A DNA stretch of 64,000 bases from an uncultured Solirubrobacterales bacterium (GCA_963818205.1 CAWFRG010000001.1:9597-73596); one strand, 5' to 3'. Shown: positions 1 to 8,472, counted from the first letter of the stretch. Made by a program: numbers and translations. The notes: generated from the sequence alone by a model not told the origin.

Positions 1-216
1 GCTTCGCCTCGCACTTGCGCCAGTCGTAGTCGCTCGTCCAGTAGCGAACGAGCTCCTCCATCGTCGCCAGCTGCACGCCCTGCGACCGATCTGCGACGAG
101 CTCCTTGCTGGGCCACCGCGTCGCGGCGATGCGGCGGCGAAGGTCGTCTAGGTCCTCTTCCGGGACTTCGATCTAAAGGGGCGGATTGTGTTGTCGTGTT
201 CGGAAGTCTTTGCCAT
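1..216 (-). pseudogene. epoxide hydrolase N-terminal domain protein, 5' part only (runs off the left edge), apparent 1-nt frameshift near 170-175
   Basis: Minus-strand ATG at 216..214 gives MAKTSEHDNTIRPF, then hits TAG at 150..148. Shifting one base after about 173 gives IEVPEEDLDDLRRRIAATRWPSKELVADRSQGVQLATMEELVRYWTSDYDWRKCEAK, the classic EHN signature. Confidence 0.6.
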
Positions 217-610
217 GAACCTCACCCTCCGCTCGCCGTAGCTGACTGCCGTGTGCACTGTTCGCGCCTTGTCAATCGACTGCTGCGCGAATCCGTTTCA
301 GGGTCCAGCTTACGGGGAGATGGTTAGCGACCTCGCCCGGTGTCAAACGCCTCCTTTCGCGTGCGGGGAGCCCTGCGGCGAACCGCGCTACGCGACCGCG
401 AGAGCAGTGGCCGGGACGCCGGATCGAGCCCACCTGACGGCGTTCGGCTGTGGGTGGTTCGCGGTCTCTCCGGCCGGAAACCAGGTCTCCGGTCCGGCAG
501 CTAGCTCGGGCAGCAGCACGGCCTCGGCCCCCAGCACGAGCCCGGCCCCCAGCTCGTCTAGCTCGGGCGGTGGCTATGGCTACTGATCGCAGCGAGGGTA
601 CGCTGCGGGC

Positions 611-2236
611 ATGGCCGCCAGCGACACCGACGGCGTCACCGCGGCGCTCGGACGGGTCGGCTTGCCGGCACCGATCGCGGAGCTGGCGGGGCGCGATTGG
701 GACGCCGTCGTCGTCGGTGGTGGGCACAACGGCCTAACCGCCGCCGCTTACCTCGCCAGGGCCGGTCGATCGGTGCTCGTGCTGGAGCGCCGCGACCGGC
801 TCGGCGGGGCTTGCACCCTGGAGCAGCCGTTCGGGGATGAGCGATACCTGGTCAGCCCGTGCGCCTACGTGGTCGGCCTCCTCGATCAGCTGGTCGTCCG
901 GGAGCTCGATCTGAGGGCCCATGGCTACCGGGTCCTCCTCGCCGACCCAAATCTCTGGTGCCCGTTCCCCGACGGATCCTCCTTCGGCCAGTTCCTCGAC
1001 GACGAGCGCACCGCCGCCCACATGCGGGAGAACGGCTTCTCCGAGGCCGACGTCCGGGGCGCCCTCGCCTACGAGGAGACCTTCGACCGGATCCGCCGCC
1101 TGCTTCGACATGGAGCCGCCGGCGACACCTGGCTCGGCTCCTCACCCAGCCGCGAGCGGATCGAGGAGATCCTCGACGACGAGGAGCTGATCTCGATCGT
1201 GTTCGAGGAGTCGATCGCGGAGACCCTCGGCCGCTACGTCGAGGACGAGCGGCTCGTGCACGCGCTCTTCGGGCAGGGGATCACCGGCGCCTGGGCGGGG
1301 CCGCGCGACCCGGGGACCGCCTCGGTCCACCTGATGCACGCCCAGGGTGACCTCCTCGGCCAGGGGCCGATCTGGGGGTACGTCGAGGGCGGCATGGGCC
1401 GGATCTCGTTCGCGATCGCGGAGGCAGCCCGCGAGGCCGGCGCGGAGCTCGCCACCGGAGTCCCCGTGGCCCGGATCCTCCCCGGCGAGGGGGTCGAGCT
1501 CGAGAGCGGCGAGCTCATCCGGGCCCGGGCGGTGGTCTCCAACACAGACCCCAAGCGGGTGCTCGGAATGCTCGACCCCGAGGTGCTTCCGGACAACTAC
1601 CGCGAGCGCCTCGAACGGTGGAAGGTGCGCTCGCCGGTGGTGAAGCTGAACGCGGCGCTCAGCCGCCTCCCGACCTTCACCGCGGCGGGCTCGGTCGAGC
1701 CCCACCGGGCGATGGTCACGGTCACCCGCGGCCTCGACGCCGCCCAGTTGGCGTTCGAGGCCTGCGAGCGCGGCGAGCCCCGGGTCGAGTTCGCGGAGCT
1801 CTATTTCCAGAGCGCCTACGACCCGACCGTGGCGCCGCCCGGCGCCCAGACGATGAGCGCCTTCGCCCAGTACGCCCCCTACGAGCTCGCCGACGCTGAC
1901 TGGGAGAGCCGCAGGGAGGAGATCGGTGACCAGGTCCTCGACCTGATCGAGGCCTACGCCCCCGACATCCGGGAGTGTCTTCTGGAGGTCGAGGTGCTCG
2001 GTGCGCCCGACATCGAGGCGAGGATCGGGCTCAGCGGCGGCAACATCTTCCAGGGAGAGGCTCTGCCGGATCAGATGTGGGACCGGCGCCTCGATCACCG
2101 GACGCCGATCGAGGGCCTCTATCTCTGCGGCGCGGCCACCCACCCGGCGGGGTCGGTGATCGCCCTCAACGGCCGAAACGCAGCGATCGCGGTCCTCGAG
2201 GACGCCGGCGTCGCCAGGGCGGCCGCGCCCGCCTAG
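611..2236 (+). CDS. NAD(P)/FAD-dependent oxidoreductase, phytoene desaturase (CrtI-like) family
   Basis: 541-aa ORF with N-terminal dinucleotide fold VVVGGGHNGLTAAAYLARAGRSVLVLERRDRLGG. Length and C-terminal GAATHPAGSV motif are typical of the CrtI/amine-oxidase superfamily. Confidence 0.8.
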   Translation: MAASDTDGVTAALGRVGLPAPIAELAGRDWDAVVVGGGHNGLTAAAYLARAGRSVLVLERRDRLGGACTLEQPFGDERYLVSPCAYVVGLLDQLVVRELDLRAHGYRVLLADPNLWCPFPDGSSFGQFLDDERTAAHMRENGFSEADVRGALAYEETFDRIRRLLRHGAAGDTWLGSSPSRERIEEILDDEELISIVFEESIAETLGRYVEDERLVHALFGQGITGAWAGPRDPGTASVHLMHAQGDLLGQGPIWGYVEGGMGRISFAIAEAAREAGAELATGVPVARILPGEGVELESGELIRARAVVSNTDPKRVLGMLDPEVLPDNYRERLERWKVRSPVVKLNAALSRLPTFTAAGSVEPHRAMVTVTRGLDAAQLAFEACERGEPRVEFAELYFQSAYDPTVAPPGAQTMSAFAQYAPYELADADWESRREEIGDQVLDLIEAYAPDIRECLLEVEVLGAPDIEARIGLSGGNIFQGEALPDQMWDRRLDHRTPIEGLYLCGAATHPAGSVIALNGRNAAIAVLEDAGVARAAAPA

Positions 2237-2281
2237 ACCACCGCCGAGCGGCCCGTCGAGGCGCTGGGCTCGGGGGACCGT

Positions 2282-3235
2282 CTAGCCGCTGATGTCGGTG
2301 AGCCAGACCCTCGAGAGAAGGGGGACGGCGCGGGCTGAGTCGAGCCCCCGCACCGAGCCCTCCAGGCCGATCCCCAGCTCGGGCCCGCCGACGGTGGAGA
2401 GCAGCGGGTCCTCGGCGACCGCCGCGAGCGCCGCGGGGCCGAGCGGATCGGCGACCTCGATCGCGCCGCCGTCGAGCAGCGCCAGCCGCCGGGCCTCATC
2501 CGGCTCGGCCAGGAAGGCGGCGCCGTCGAGCGCCGGCCCAAGCCCCACCGGGCTTCCCCACCAGCTGGCGCTGCGGGAGAGCTCGATCCGGGTGTCGGAG
2601 ACCGCGCCCAGCTCGAACGGCCCGCTGCCGGACCCCTCGGTCGTGCGAAGCCGCGAATTTGCTCCCCCCTGCGGCTCCAGCCCAGCCGGCGAGACGATTC
2701 CCAGCCGCGGCGAGGCGAGCCGGCTGGGGAGATCCGGGTCGGGCCCATCGAGGAGAAAGCGCACCTGGTCCGGGCGGGGCGCGTCGACGGCAAAGAGGCC
2801 CGGGAGCAGTGCGCGCCCCTTCGGCAGGGTGGTCCAGCGGCGCGAGTTTGCGAGCACCGCGGTGGCGTTGAACGGCGTCCCGTCCTGGAAGCGGACATCC
2901 CGGCGCAGGGTGAGGATCCAGACCGAGCGGTCCGGCGAGGGCTCAGCCGAGAGCGCGAGACCCGGCCGGACCGTGGTCGCGCCGTAGGGACCGGTGAGGC
3001 GAGCCACCAACGGCTCGTAGACCTGGCGGGTGATCGTCTGCGCGGTGCGGCCGCTCGCCGCGAGCGGGTCGAGGGTCGCGGGCAGCGCCGAAACGGCATA
3101 GACGAGGGTGCCGCCACCGCCGGCGGACGGCAGCCCCGATGAGCTGCCGTCGTCGTCATCTCCCCCACCGCAGCCGGCGAGCAGCAGTGCGACAGAGAGC
3201 GGCGCGAGCGCAGCGGCCTTGCGCGCTCGGCTCAG
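2282..3235 (-). CDS. family 5 (peptide/nickel type) ABC substrate-binding lipoprotein, C-terminally truncated relative to the family
   Basis: Lipobox LLLAGCGG followed by LVYAVSALPATLDPLAA...TRQVYEPLV, typical of SBP_bac_5. Only about 318 aa versus about 500 usual. No ATG/GTG/TTG start between the secG stop and the signal peptide, so the start is uncertain (possibly CTG at 3235). Confidence 0.55.
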   Translation of the reverse strand: MSRARKAAALAPLSVALLLAGCGGGDDDDGSSSGLPSAGGGGTLVYAVSALPATLDPLAASGRTAQTITRQVYEPLVARLTGPYGATTVRPGLALSAEPSPDRSVWILTLRRDVRFQDGTPFNATAVLANSRRWTTLPKGRALLPGLFAVDAPRPDQVRFLLDGPDPDLPSRLASPRLGIVSPAGLEPQGGANSRLRTTEGSGSGPFELGAVSDTRIELSRSASWWGSPVGLGPALDGAAFLAEPDEARRLALLDGGAIEVADPLGPAALAAVAEDPLLSTVGGPELGIGLEGSVRGLDSARAVPLLSRVWLTDISG

Positions 3236-3438
3236 ATCTTCAGGAGGACGATCGCGTTGAGCGCCCAGAGCACGGAGAAGAAGATGGTCCACCGGGTCAG
3301 GTTCCGCTCCACCAGCGAGCCGCCACCGAACGCGCTGCCGCCGCCTCCGATTCCGAAGGCGCCTGAGAGCCCCGTGTCCTTCCCCGAATGAAGGAGGATC
3401 AGGAAGATCAGGATCACGCAGATCGCGACCTGAACCAC
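3232..3438 (-). CDS. secG: preprotein translocase subunit SecG
   Basis: 68-aa, two-TM protein with a Gly-rich loop HSGKDTGLSGAFGIGGGGSAFGGGS. GTG start. Confidence 0.85.
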   Translation of the reverse strand: MVQVAICVILIFLILLHSGKDTGLSGAFGIGGGGSAFGGGSLVERNLTRWTIFFSVLWALNAIVLLKI

Positions 3439-3668
3439 ACCGAGCAGTGATTGCCATGGGCGCGAAGTCTAGACGGAAGGACCGGCGGGCTCTCCGTGGT
3501 CCATCCGCACGGCAATCGCGCTCGGTCCGCGCGGCAATAGTCGCGAACCGAGCGCGTTTCTCGACTGGTTACCCCTCTTGCTTGTGACATGCCCGACGAG
3601 CACGCAGACACCTTCTCGAGCAGCGATCAGGGTCGCGATCGAAGTGATCACGGCGGCGATCGCGATGA

Positions 3669-4346
3669 TCACGCTCGGCGATCGCGCGATCGCGATGGCG
3701 ATCGAGTTTTGGAAATACATGGACGCCTTCTCGCGGTGGAACAACGGACTGCCGCCACCGAGGTCCCTTCCGACATCACAGGAGGTCGCCAGCGAGGTGC
3801 CCAAGCCTTCGCCGCCACGCTCGGGGTGGTACCGACGTGGCGCTCAAATCTCGGCATGTCGGAATCCGGCTGACTGAGCGCGACCACGAGCTCCTCACCG
3901 AGCTTGCCCGGGAGCATGCCGTGGCGCTGGGGACGATGGCGAGGATGCTGGTGGTGCGTGGGGTTCGGGCCGCCGCCGAACGGAGACGACGTGGAGCGGG
4001 GCGAGTAAGCAGGCTGCGCGCGCAGCTTCAAGCGTTCGGCTCCGCGGGGTTCGCCGGGGTCGCGCAGCCGGTCGATTCGCTTCAGGATCTCGATCGCCTC
4101 GCGGCGCAGCTCTCGGTCGAGGCGCTGGAAGTCCTCGTCCGTGAGCTTGCCGGAGGCCCGGTCGGCCTCGGCGTCGCGGATCTCGCGGTACTTGGCGTCC
4201 TTCCGCGCCTCGAGCTCGGCGAGCTCGGCGTCCGCCCGTTCTACCTCCTCCCCCCGCCCATGCTCACGCCGGAAGACCGGCCAGCCGACGAAGAGGGGCA
4301 CGAGGACGAGCAGGAGGACGATCGCGGCGCCCAGGAAGAGCTCCAT
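3669..4346 (-). CDS. CcmI/CycH N-terminal-domain-like protein (TM helix plus coiled coil); only the first ~105 codons look genuine
   Basis: MELFLGAAIVLLLVLVPLFVGWPVFRR followed by AELAELEARKD...GKLTDEDFQRLDRELRREAIEILKRI matches the CcmI N-terminal pattern and sits directly after ccmF. The C-terminal 120 aa are Pro/Arg/Ser junk antisense to the RHH-like ORF. An out-of-frame TGA at 4030..4028 would be a natural end. Confidence 0.5.
   Translation of the reverse strand: MELFLGAAIVLLLVLVPLFVGWPVFRREHGRGEEVERADAELAELEARKDAKYREIRDAEADRASGKLTDEDFQRLDRELRREAIEILKRIDRLRDPGEPRGAERLKLRAQPAYSPRSTSSPFGGGPNPTHHQHPRHRPQRHGMLPGKLGEELVVALSQPDSDMPRFERHVGTTPSVAAKAWAPRWRPPVMSEGTSVAAVRCSTARRRPCISKTRSPSRSRDRRA
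3837..4008 (+). CDS. possible ribbon-helix-helix (CopG/Arc-like) small protein; needs a frame change near 3975-3985 to reach TAA 4006-4008
   Basis: The N-terminal 45 aa, VALKSRHVGIRLTERDHELLTELAREHAVALGTMARMLVVRGV, have a strand-helix-helix pattern and high GC3. GC3 collapses after about 3980 in this frame but stays high in the +1 frame (NGDDVERGE stop). As printed, the ORF runs on to 4355 antisense to the ccmI-like gene. Confidence 0.3.
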
Positions 4347-4359
4347 GGCGACTGAAAGC

Positions 4360-6501
4360 CTAGGCTCGCTTCAGCTCGCGCCCGACCCGCGCCGCGTAGG
4401 CCGCCTCGGCGCGGCGCCGCGCCTCCACCGAGGGCCAGCCGGCGAAGACGGCGCCGCCGAGAGCGATCAGGGCGCCGATCCAGATCCAGCTCACCAGCGG
4501 GTCGACGATCACCCGGAAGGTCGCCGGCGGCGGGTCCTGGGTATAGGACTCGGCGAGGGCGAGGATCGCGATCCCCTGCGCGTTCGGCCCGGCGGAGGCG
4601 AGCTGGCGGTTGCCGAGCGCGATCTGGGGATCGAGGACCGAGAGATCGGGCTGGAAGGCGGTCCAGAAGTCCTGGCCGGCGCCGGAGCGGAGGCCGACCT
4701 CGCTGGTGGACTCGCCCTCGAAGTAGCGGCCGAGCGCCCCCGCCGAGGGGTCCTGGGTCGGGTAGTAGTTGCGAGCCGGCGCCAGGGTGGCGAAGTCCTT
4801 GCCGTCCTTGTCGACGTCGAGGAGCGCGCTGAAGGCGATCCGCTCGTTCTGGGGGTCGGCGCTGATGTCCTTGTAGGTGACGGTGTAGTCGCCGACCGTC
4901 GCCGAATCGCCGACCTGGAGGCGGAGGTCGCGGTTGGTTTGGAAGCTGGATGAGGCGGCGATCCCGACGAGGACGACGGCGATCCCGATGTGGACGACGT
5001 AGCCGCCGTAGCGGCGGCGGTTGCGGGCGAGCGCCTGGGGCAGCGCCCGGACGAGCGGCTCTCCGGTGAGCGTCCGCCGCGCCGCCCCAGCCCGCCAGAA
5101 CTCCTGGCCGAGCGCCACCAGGGTGAAGGCGGCGAATGAAAAGAGGAAGAGCGCCCAGGGGTGGCCGCCGGCATCGCTCGCCACCCCCAGCACCACCGCG
5201 GTCGCGGCGGCGGCCAGGCCTGGCCAGAGCAGGAGGCGCCGGGCCGTCCCACGGCTGAGCCGACCCCAGGCGAGCAGCGGCCCGATTCCGGTGAAGAGGA
5301 CCAGCGCCACCCCGAGCGGGGTGACGTAGCGGTCGAACCAGGGAGCCCCGAGCGAGGAGCGGGTGCCGGTGAAGGCCTCGGCGATCAGGGGGAAGAAGGT
5401 GCCCCAGAAGATCACCGCCGCGAGCCCGACCAGAAGCAGGTTGTTGACCAGGAAGATCGCCTCGCGCGAGAGCAGCGAGTCGAAGTGGCGTTCGGGGCGG
5501 AGGTCGGGGAGCCGGCTGACGATCAACACCGTGGAGCCGATCGCGACGCATCCGATCAGAACCAGCAGCGGCCCGCCGACCGTTGAGGCGCCGAAGGCGT
5601 GGATCGACTGGAGGATCCCCGAGCGCACCAGGAAGGTGCCGAGCAGCGAGAGGCAGAAGGTCGCCGAGATCAGGCTGACGTTCCAGACCTTCAGCATCCC
5701 CCGCTTCTCCTGGACCATGATCGAGTGGATGAAGGCGGTGCCGACCAGGAACGGCATCAGCGCTGCGTTCTCGACCGGGTCCCAGCCCCAGTAGCCGCCC
5801 CAGCCGAGCTCCTCGAACGACCAGCGCGAGCCGAGCAACAGCCCGAGGCCGAGGAAGGTCCAGGCGGTGAGCGCGAAGCGCCGGGTGGAGCGGATCCAGC
5901 TGGCGTCGAGGCGGCGGGTGTAGAGCGCCGCGACGCAGAAGGCGAACGGGATCGACCAGAGGACGTAGCCCGTGTAGAGCATCGGCGGGTGGATCGCCAT
6001 GTAGGGGTTGCGGAGCAGCGGGGTCAGCCCGGCGCCCTCGGCGGGGGCGGGGCTGAGCGCGGCGAACGGCTGGGCGGCGAAGATCATCAGCCCGATGAAG
6101 AAGGCGCCCAGCCCCATCAGAACCGCGGTTGCGTAGGGGGCGAGCTCCCGGTGCCGGCGCCGGGTCAGGTAGAGCACCCCGCTCGAGGCGAGCGAGAGGA
6201 CCCAGGCCCAGAGCAGCAGCGAGCCCTCCTGGCTCGACCACATCGCGGTCAGCTTGTAAAAGGTGGGGGTGGTGGTCGAGGAGTGATTGGCGACCACCTC
6301 GAAGCCGAAGTCGTCGCTGAGGAAGGCCGACTCGAGCACCAGGACCGCGGCGGTGAGCAGCGCCGCCAGGGCATAGACCGCGCGGCGCGACGAGGTGACC
6401 CAACGGCGATCGCCGGTCCTCGCGCCGTAGAGCGCCGCCCCCGCCGCGTAGAGCGCCACCAGCAGCGAGGCGGCGATCGTCGCCGAGCCCAGGGTGGTCA
6501 C
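4360..6501 (-). CDS. ccmF: heme lyase CcmF/NrfE family subunit (System I cytochrome c maturation)
   Basis: 713-aa polytopic membrane protein with the WWD motif WGGYWGWDPVENAALMPF. 4-nt overlap with ccmE. Confidence 0.9.
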   Translation of the reverse strand: MTTLGSATIAASLLVALYAAGAALYGARTGDRRWVTSSRRAVYALAALLTAAVLVLESAFLSDDFGFEVVANHSSTTTPTFYKLTAMWSSQEGSLLLWAWVLSLASSGVLYLTRRRHRELAPYATAVLMGLGAFFIGLMIFAAQPFAALSPAPAEGAGLTPLLRNPYMAIHPPMLYTGYVLWSIPFAFCVAALYTRRLDASWIRSTRRFALTAWTFLGLGLLLGSRWSFEELGWGGYWGWDPVENAALMPFLVGTAFIHSIMVQEKRGMLKVWNVSLISATFCLSLLGTFLVRSGILQSIHAFGASTVGGPLLVLIGCVAIGSTVLIVSRLPDLRPERHFDSLLSREAIFLVNNLLLVGLAAVIFWGTFFPLIAEAFTGTRSSLGAPWFDRYVTPLGVALVLFTGIGPLLAWGRLSRGTARRLLLWPGLAAAATAVVLGVASDAGGHPWALFLFSFAAFTLVALGQEFWRAGAARRTLTGEPLVRALPQALARNRRRYGGYVVHIGIAVVLVGIAASSSFQTNRDLRLQVGDSATVGDYTVTYKDISADPQNERIAFSALLDVDKDGKDFATLAPARNYYPTQDPSAGALGRYFEGESTSEVGLRSGAGQDFWTAFQPDLSVLDPQIALGNRQLASAGPNAQGIAILALAESYTQDPPPATFRVIVDPLVSWIWIGALIALGGAVFAGWPSVEARRRAEAAYAARVGRELKRA

Positions 6502-6920
6502 TGGATCACGACGTGCTCGGGATCCTGCTCGGCCTCATCGCTGAACTTCGACGGGCACTTGGTGATCAGGCTGTCGTGCTCGGCGACGAAGGTCCCGTCA
6601 TCGAGCTTGCCAGTGACGATCACCTCGCGGCCGTCCCGGAACGGATCGGGGACGGTGCCGGTGTAGGTCACCGGCAGGCTCTCGGAGCCATCGCGGTCAG
6701 CGATCCTGAAGCGCAGATCGCCGTCGGTGCGCTGGATCGTCCCCGGCACCACCTTCCCGGTGAGGTCGTAGGTGCCGGTCGCGTTCGACGAGACCAGATC
6801 GGACGGCTGCTTGGCCTCGGTCGAGGCGCTGAAGGACGTGTAGACGAGCCCGGCCGCCAGCAGCACTGCCGCGGAGAGCGCGACGATCAGGCGGATCTTT
6901 CGCTTCCGGGCGGGATCCAC
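6498..6920 (-). CDS. ccmE: cytochrome c maturation heme chaperone CcmE, Cys-variant
   Basis: 140 aa with an N-terminal TM anchor and OB-fold body (YDLTGKVVPGT...LRFRIAD...VTYTGTVPDPFRDGREVIVTGKL). The C-terminal motif is LITKCPSKF instead of the canonical HxxxY. Confidence 0.9.
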   Translation of the reverse strand: MDPARKRKIRLIVALSAAVLLAAGLVYTSFSASTEAKQPSDLVSSNATGTYDLTGKVVPGTIQRTDGDLRFRIADRDGSESLPVTYTGTVPDPFRDGREVIVTGKLDDGTFVAEHDSLITKCPSKFSDEAEQDPEHVVIQ

Positions 6921-7026
6921 AGCGGGTGAATTATCGCAACGTGGGGCTTAGGTCCGGCCCCCCAGCCTCCCTACACACCCGCTGGCATACGATGCGCCGG
7001 CCTCGTCCACTCGACCAGGAGGAGCC

Positions 7027-7485
7027 TTGCCTCGACCCGCGACCGCCGGCCTCGTGCTGCTCGCCGCCGCCTCCCTCGGCCTCGCCGCCTGCGGCGACAC
7101 CGCCGAGAAGAACGACTACGTCGACGAGGTCAACAAGGTCACCTCCACCCTGCAAAGCGGCCTCACCGAGGTCGGCAGCGGTGCCACGGCCAACTCGCCC
7201 GATCAGGCGGCGGCGGTGTTCGATCAGTTCGCCGGGCAGCTTGGGACTGGAACAACGGACCTGGAGGAGATCACCGCACCCGAGGACGTCGCCGACCTCC
7301 AGGACGAGATCGTCCAGAACCTGCGGGCGCTCGAAGACGAGGCGACGGGCGCCGCCGAGGAGATCAGGAGCGGTGGGGCGGCGGCGATCGCCGGCGTGGT
7401 CGCGCAGTTCCTCACCGAGGCGAACAGGATCGGAATCGAAATCGACTCGACGATCGGCGAGATCAACTCGATGCTGCAGGGCTAG
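7027..7485 (+). CDS. hypothetical lipoprotein
   Basis: TTG start, lipobox LGLAACG, helical Asp/Glu-rich body. No family recognised. Confidence 0.55.
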   Translation: MPRPATAGLVLLAAASLGLAACGDTAEKNDYVDEVNKVTSTLQSGLTEVGSGATANSPDQAAAVFDQFAGQLGTGTTDLEEITAPEDVADLQDEIVQNLRALEDEATGAAEEIRSGGAAAIAGVVAQFLTEANRIGIEIDSTIGEINSMLQG

Positions 7486-7820
7486 CGGCGACTCTTCCCG
7501 GTGCGCCGCCGGAGGGCGAACTCGATCGTCCGCCCCACAGGGCGGAACGGGATCACGATCGTGGCGACGCTCCCCGCCAGCTCGATGGGGCCGAGCTTCT
7601 CGAGCAGCATCCCGAGCTCATCGGCCTCTCGCTCGCTGAGCTTCGAGGGCCGCCCCTTCGACTTCCGGACAAGCTTGATGAACCGCGCCCGCTCGTCGGG
7701 ATCGAGCCGCCTCCAGTGCCGCCGAGTGGTCAGAGCCACCTCGGCTGCGGCGATCAGCCACAGCCGCCGCGCAAACCAGCGGCTTCGCCGGAGGGTCCGC
7801 CTGCCGATGCCGCCGATCAA
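7482..7820 (-). CDS. hypothetical small basic protein
   Basis: The part of the 181-aa ORF that lies downstream of the tRNA (RRHWRRLDPDERARFIKLVRKSKGRPSKLSEREADELGMLLEKL...). Start uncertain (TTG 7820 or an internal GTG). Confidence 0.3.
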   Translation of the reverse strand: MIGGIGRRTLRRSRWFARRLWLIAAAEVALTTRRHWRRLDPDERARFIKLVRKSKGRPSKLSEREADELGMLLEKLGPIELAGSVATIVIPFRPVGRTIEFALRRRTGKSRR

Positions 7821-7828
7821 GCTCAAGA

Positions 7829-7901
7829 AGCGGACGACGGGTCTCGAACCCGCTACCTCGAGCTTGGGAAGCTCGCGCTCTACCAGGTGAGCTACGTCCG
7901 C
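7829..7901 (-). tRNA. tRNA-Gly (anticodon CCC)
   Basis: The reverse complement GCGGACGTAGCTCACCTGGTAGAGCGCGAGCTTCCCAAGCTCGAGGTAGCGGGTTCGAGACCCGTCGTCCGCT folds as a cloverleaf: 7-bp acceptor, D arm GCTC/GAGC, anticodon stem CGAGC/GCTCG with loop TTCCCAA, T arm GCGGG/CCCGT with TTCGAGA loop. CCA is not encoded. Confidence 0.92.
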
Positions 7902-7950
7902 GTTGCCCGCACATTCTAGGTTCGGAGCGCGCTCTCTACGCTTGCGGCGT

Positions 7951-8472
7951 ATGAGCGCGAAGACCTTGGTTGCCGTGATCGCGGTGCTGGCCGTGATCGG
8001 CCTGCTTGGCTTCGGCCTCTTGAGCAAGGGCGAGGCCGCGATCGCAGTGGGCGACCCGGCGCCCGATAAGGAGCTCGCCAGTCTCGACGGCGCGGGAACG
8101 GGCCGGCTCGCGGATTACCGAGGCGGTTGGGTGCTGGTCAACTTCTGGGCATCCTGGTGCGACCCCTGCCGCGATGAGGCGCCCGCGCTCGAGGCCTTTG
8201 GACAGGCGCACCAGGGAGGGGATTTCACCGTCTTGGGCATCAACCTCGACGACACCACCGACGACGCACTGGGGTTCGTGCAGGAGTACGGGCTCACCTA
8301 CCCCCAACTGAGGGACGGGGATGGGCGCGAGCGCCGCGACGCGTATGGGATGACGGGTTTCCCGGAGTCGTTCCTGGTCGATCCGAAGGGCGAGATCGCG
8401 CTGATCCGCCGGGGCCCAGTCGATGCCAGGTACCTCGAGGACGAGGTGCTGCCGGTGATCCGAAGCGGCTAG
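7951..8472 (+). CDS. ccmG: thiol:disulfide interchange protein, TlpA/DsbE/CcmG family
   Basis: N-terminal TM anchor and thioredoxin fold with WVLVNFWASWCDPCRDEAP. Followed by ccmH. Confidence 0.85.
   Translation: MSAKTLVAVIAVLAVIGLLGFGLLSKGEAAIAVGDPAPDKELASLDGAGTGRLADYRGGWVLVNFWASWCDPCRDEAPALEAFGQAHQGGDFTVLGINLDDTTDDALGFVQEYGLTYPQLRDGDGRERRDAYGMTGFPESFLVDPKGEIALIRRGPVDARYLEDEVLPVIRSG

Noticed and set aside
3640-3705. Cluster of GCGATCGC/GATCGC repeats (HIP1-like palindromes) that at first looked like a short repeat array.
   Set aside because: The units are irregular and have no spacer structure. They are explained by Ile/Ala/Asp codon usage (ATC-GCG-ATC) in a hydrophobic ORF, and the same octamer is common inside ordinary genes throughout the window. 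It is not a CRISPR array or a dispersed repeat family I can support.
3578-3877. 99-aa plus-strand ORF antisense to the small hydrophobic ORF in the secG-ccm pocket.
   Set aside because: It mirrors the hydrophobic minus-strand ORF and has poorer third-position GC. The two cannot be separated without expression data, so neither is listed as a feature.
4241-6403. 720-aa ORF on the minus strand overlapping ccmF in another frame. Similar giant ORFs: 9351..10913 (+, antisense to argS), 31194..33230 (+, antisense to the Tad fusion), 54920..56593 (-), 12618..13900 (+, upstream part of the lipoprotein ORF), 51303..52214 (-), 27196..27948 (-), 15617..16708 (+), 17067..18584 (+).
   Set aside because: All are Arg/Pro/Gly/Ala-rich with no motifs, and they overlap genes with unambiguous family signatures. 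Long stop-free alternative frames are expected at about 70% GC.
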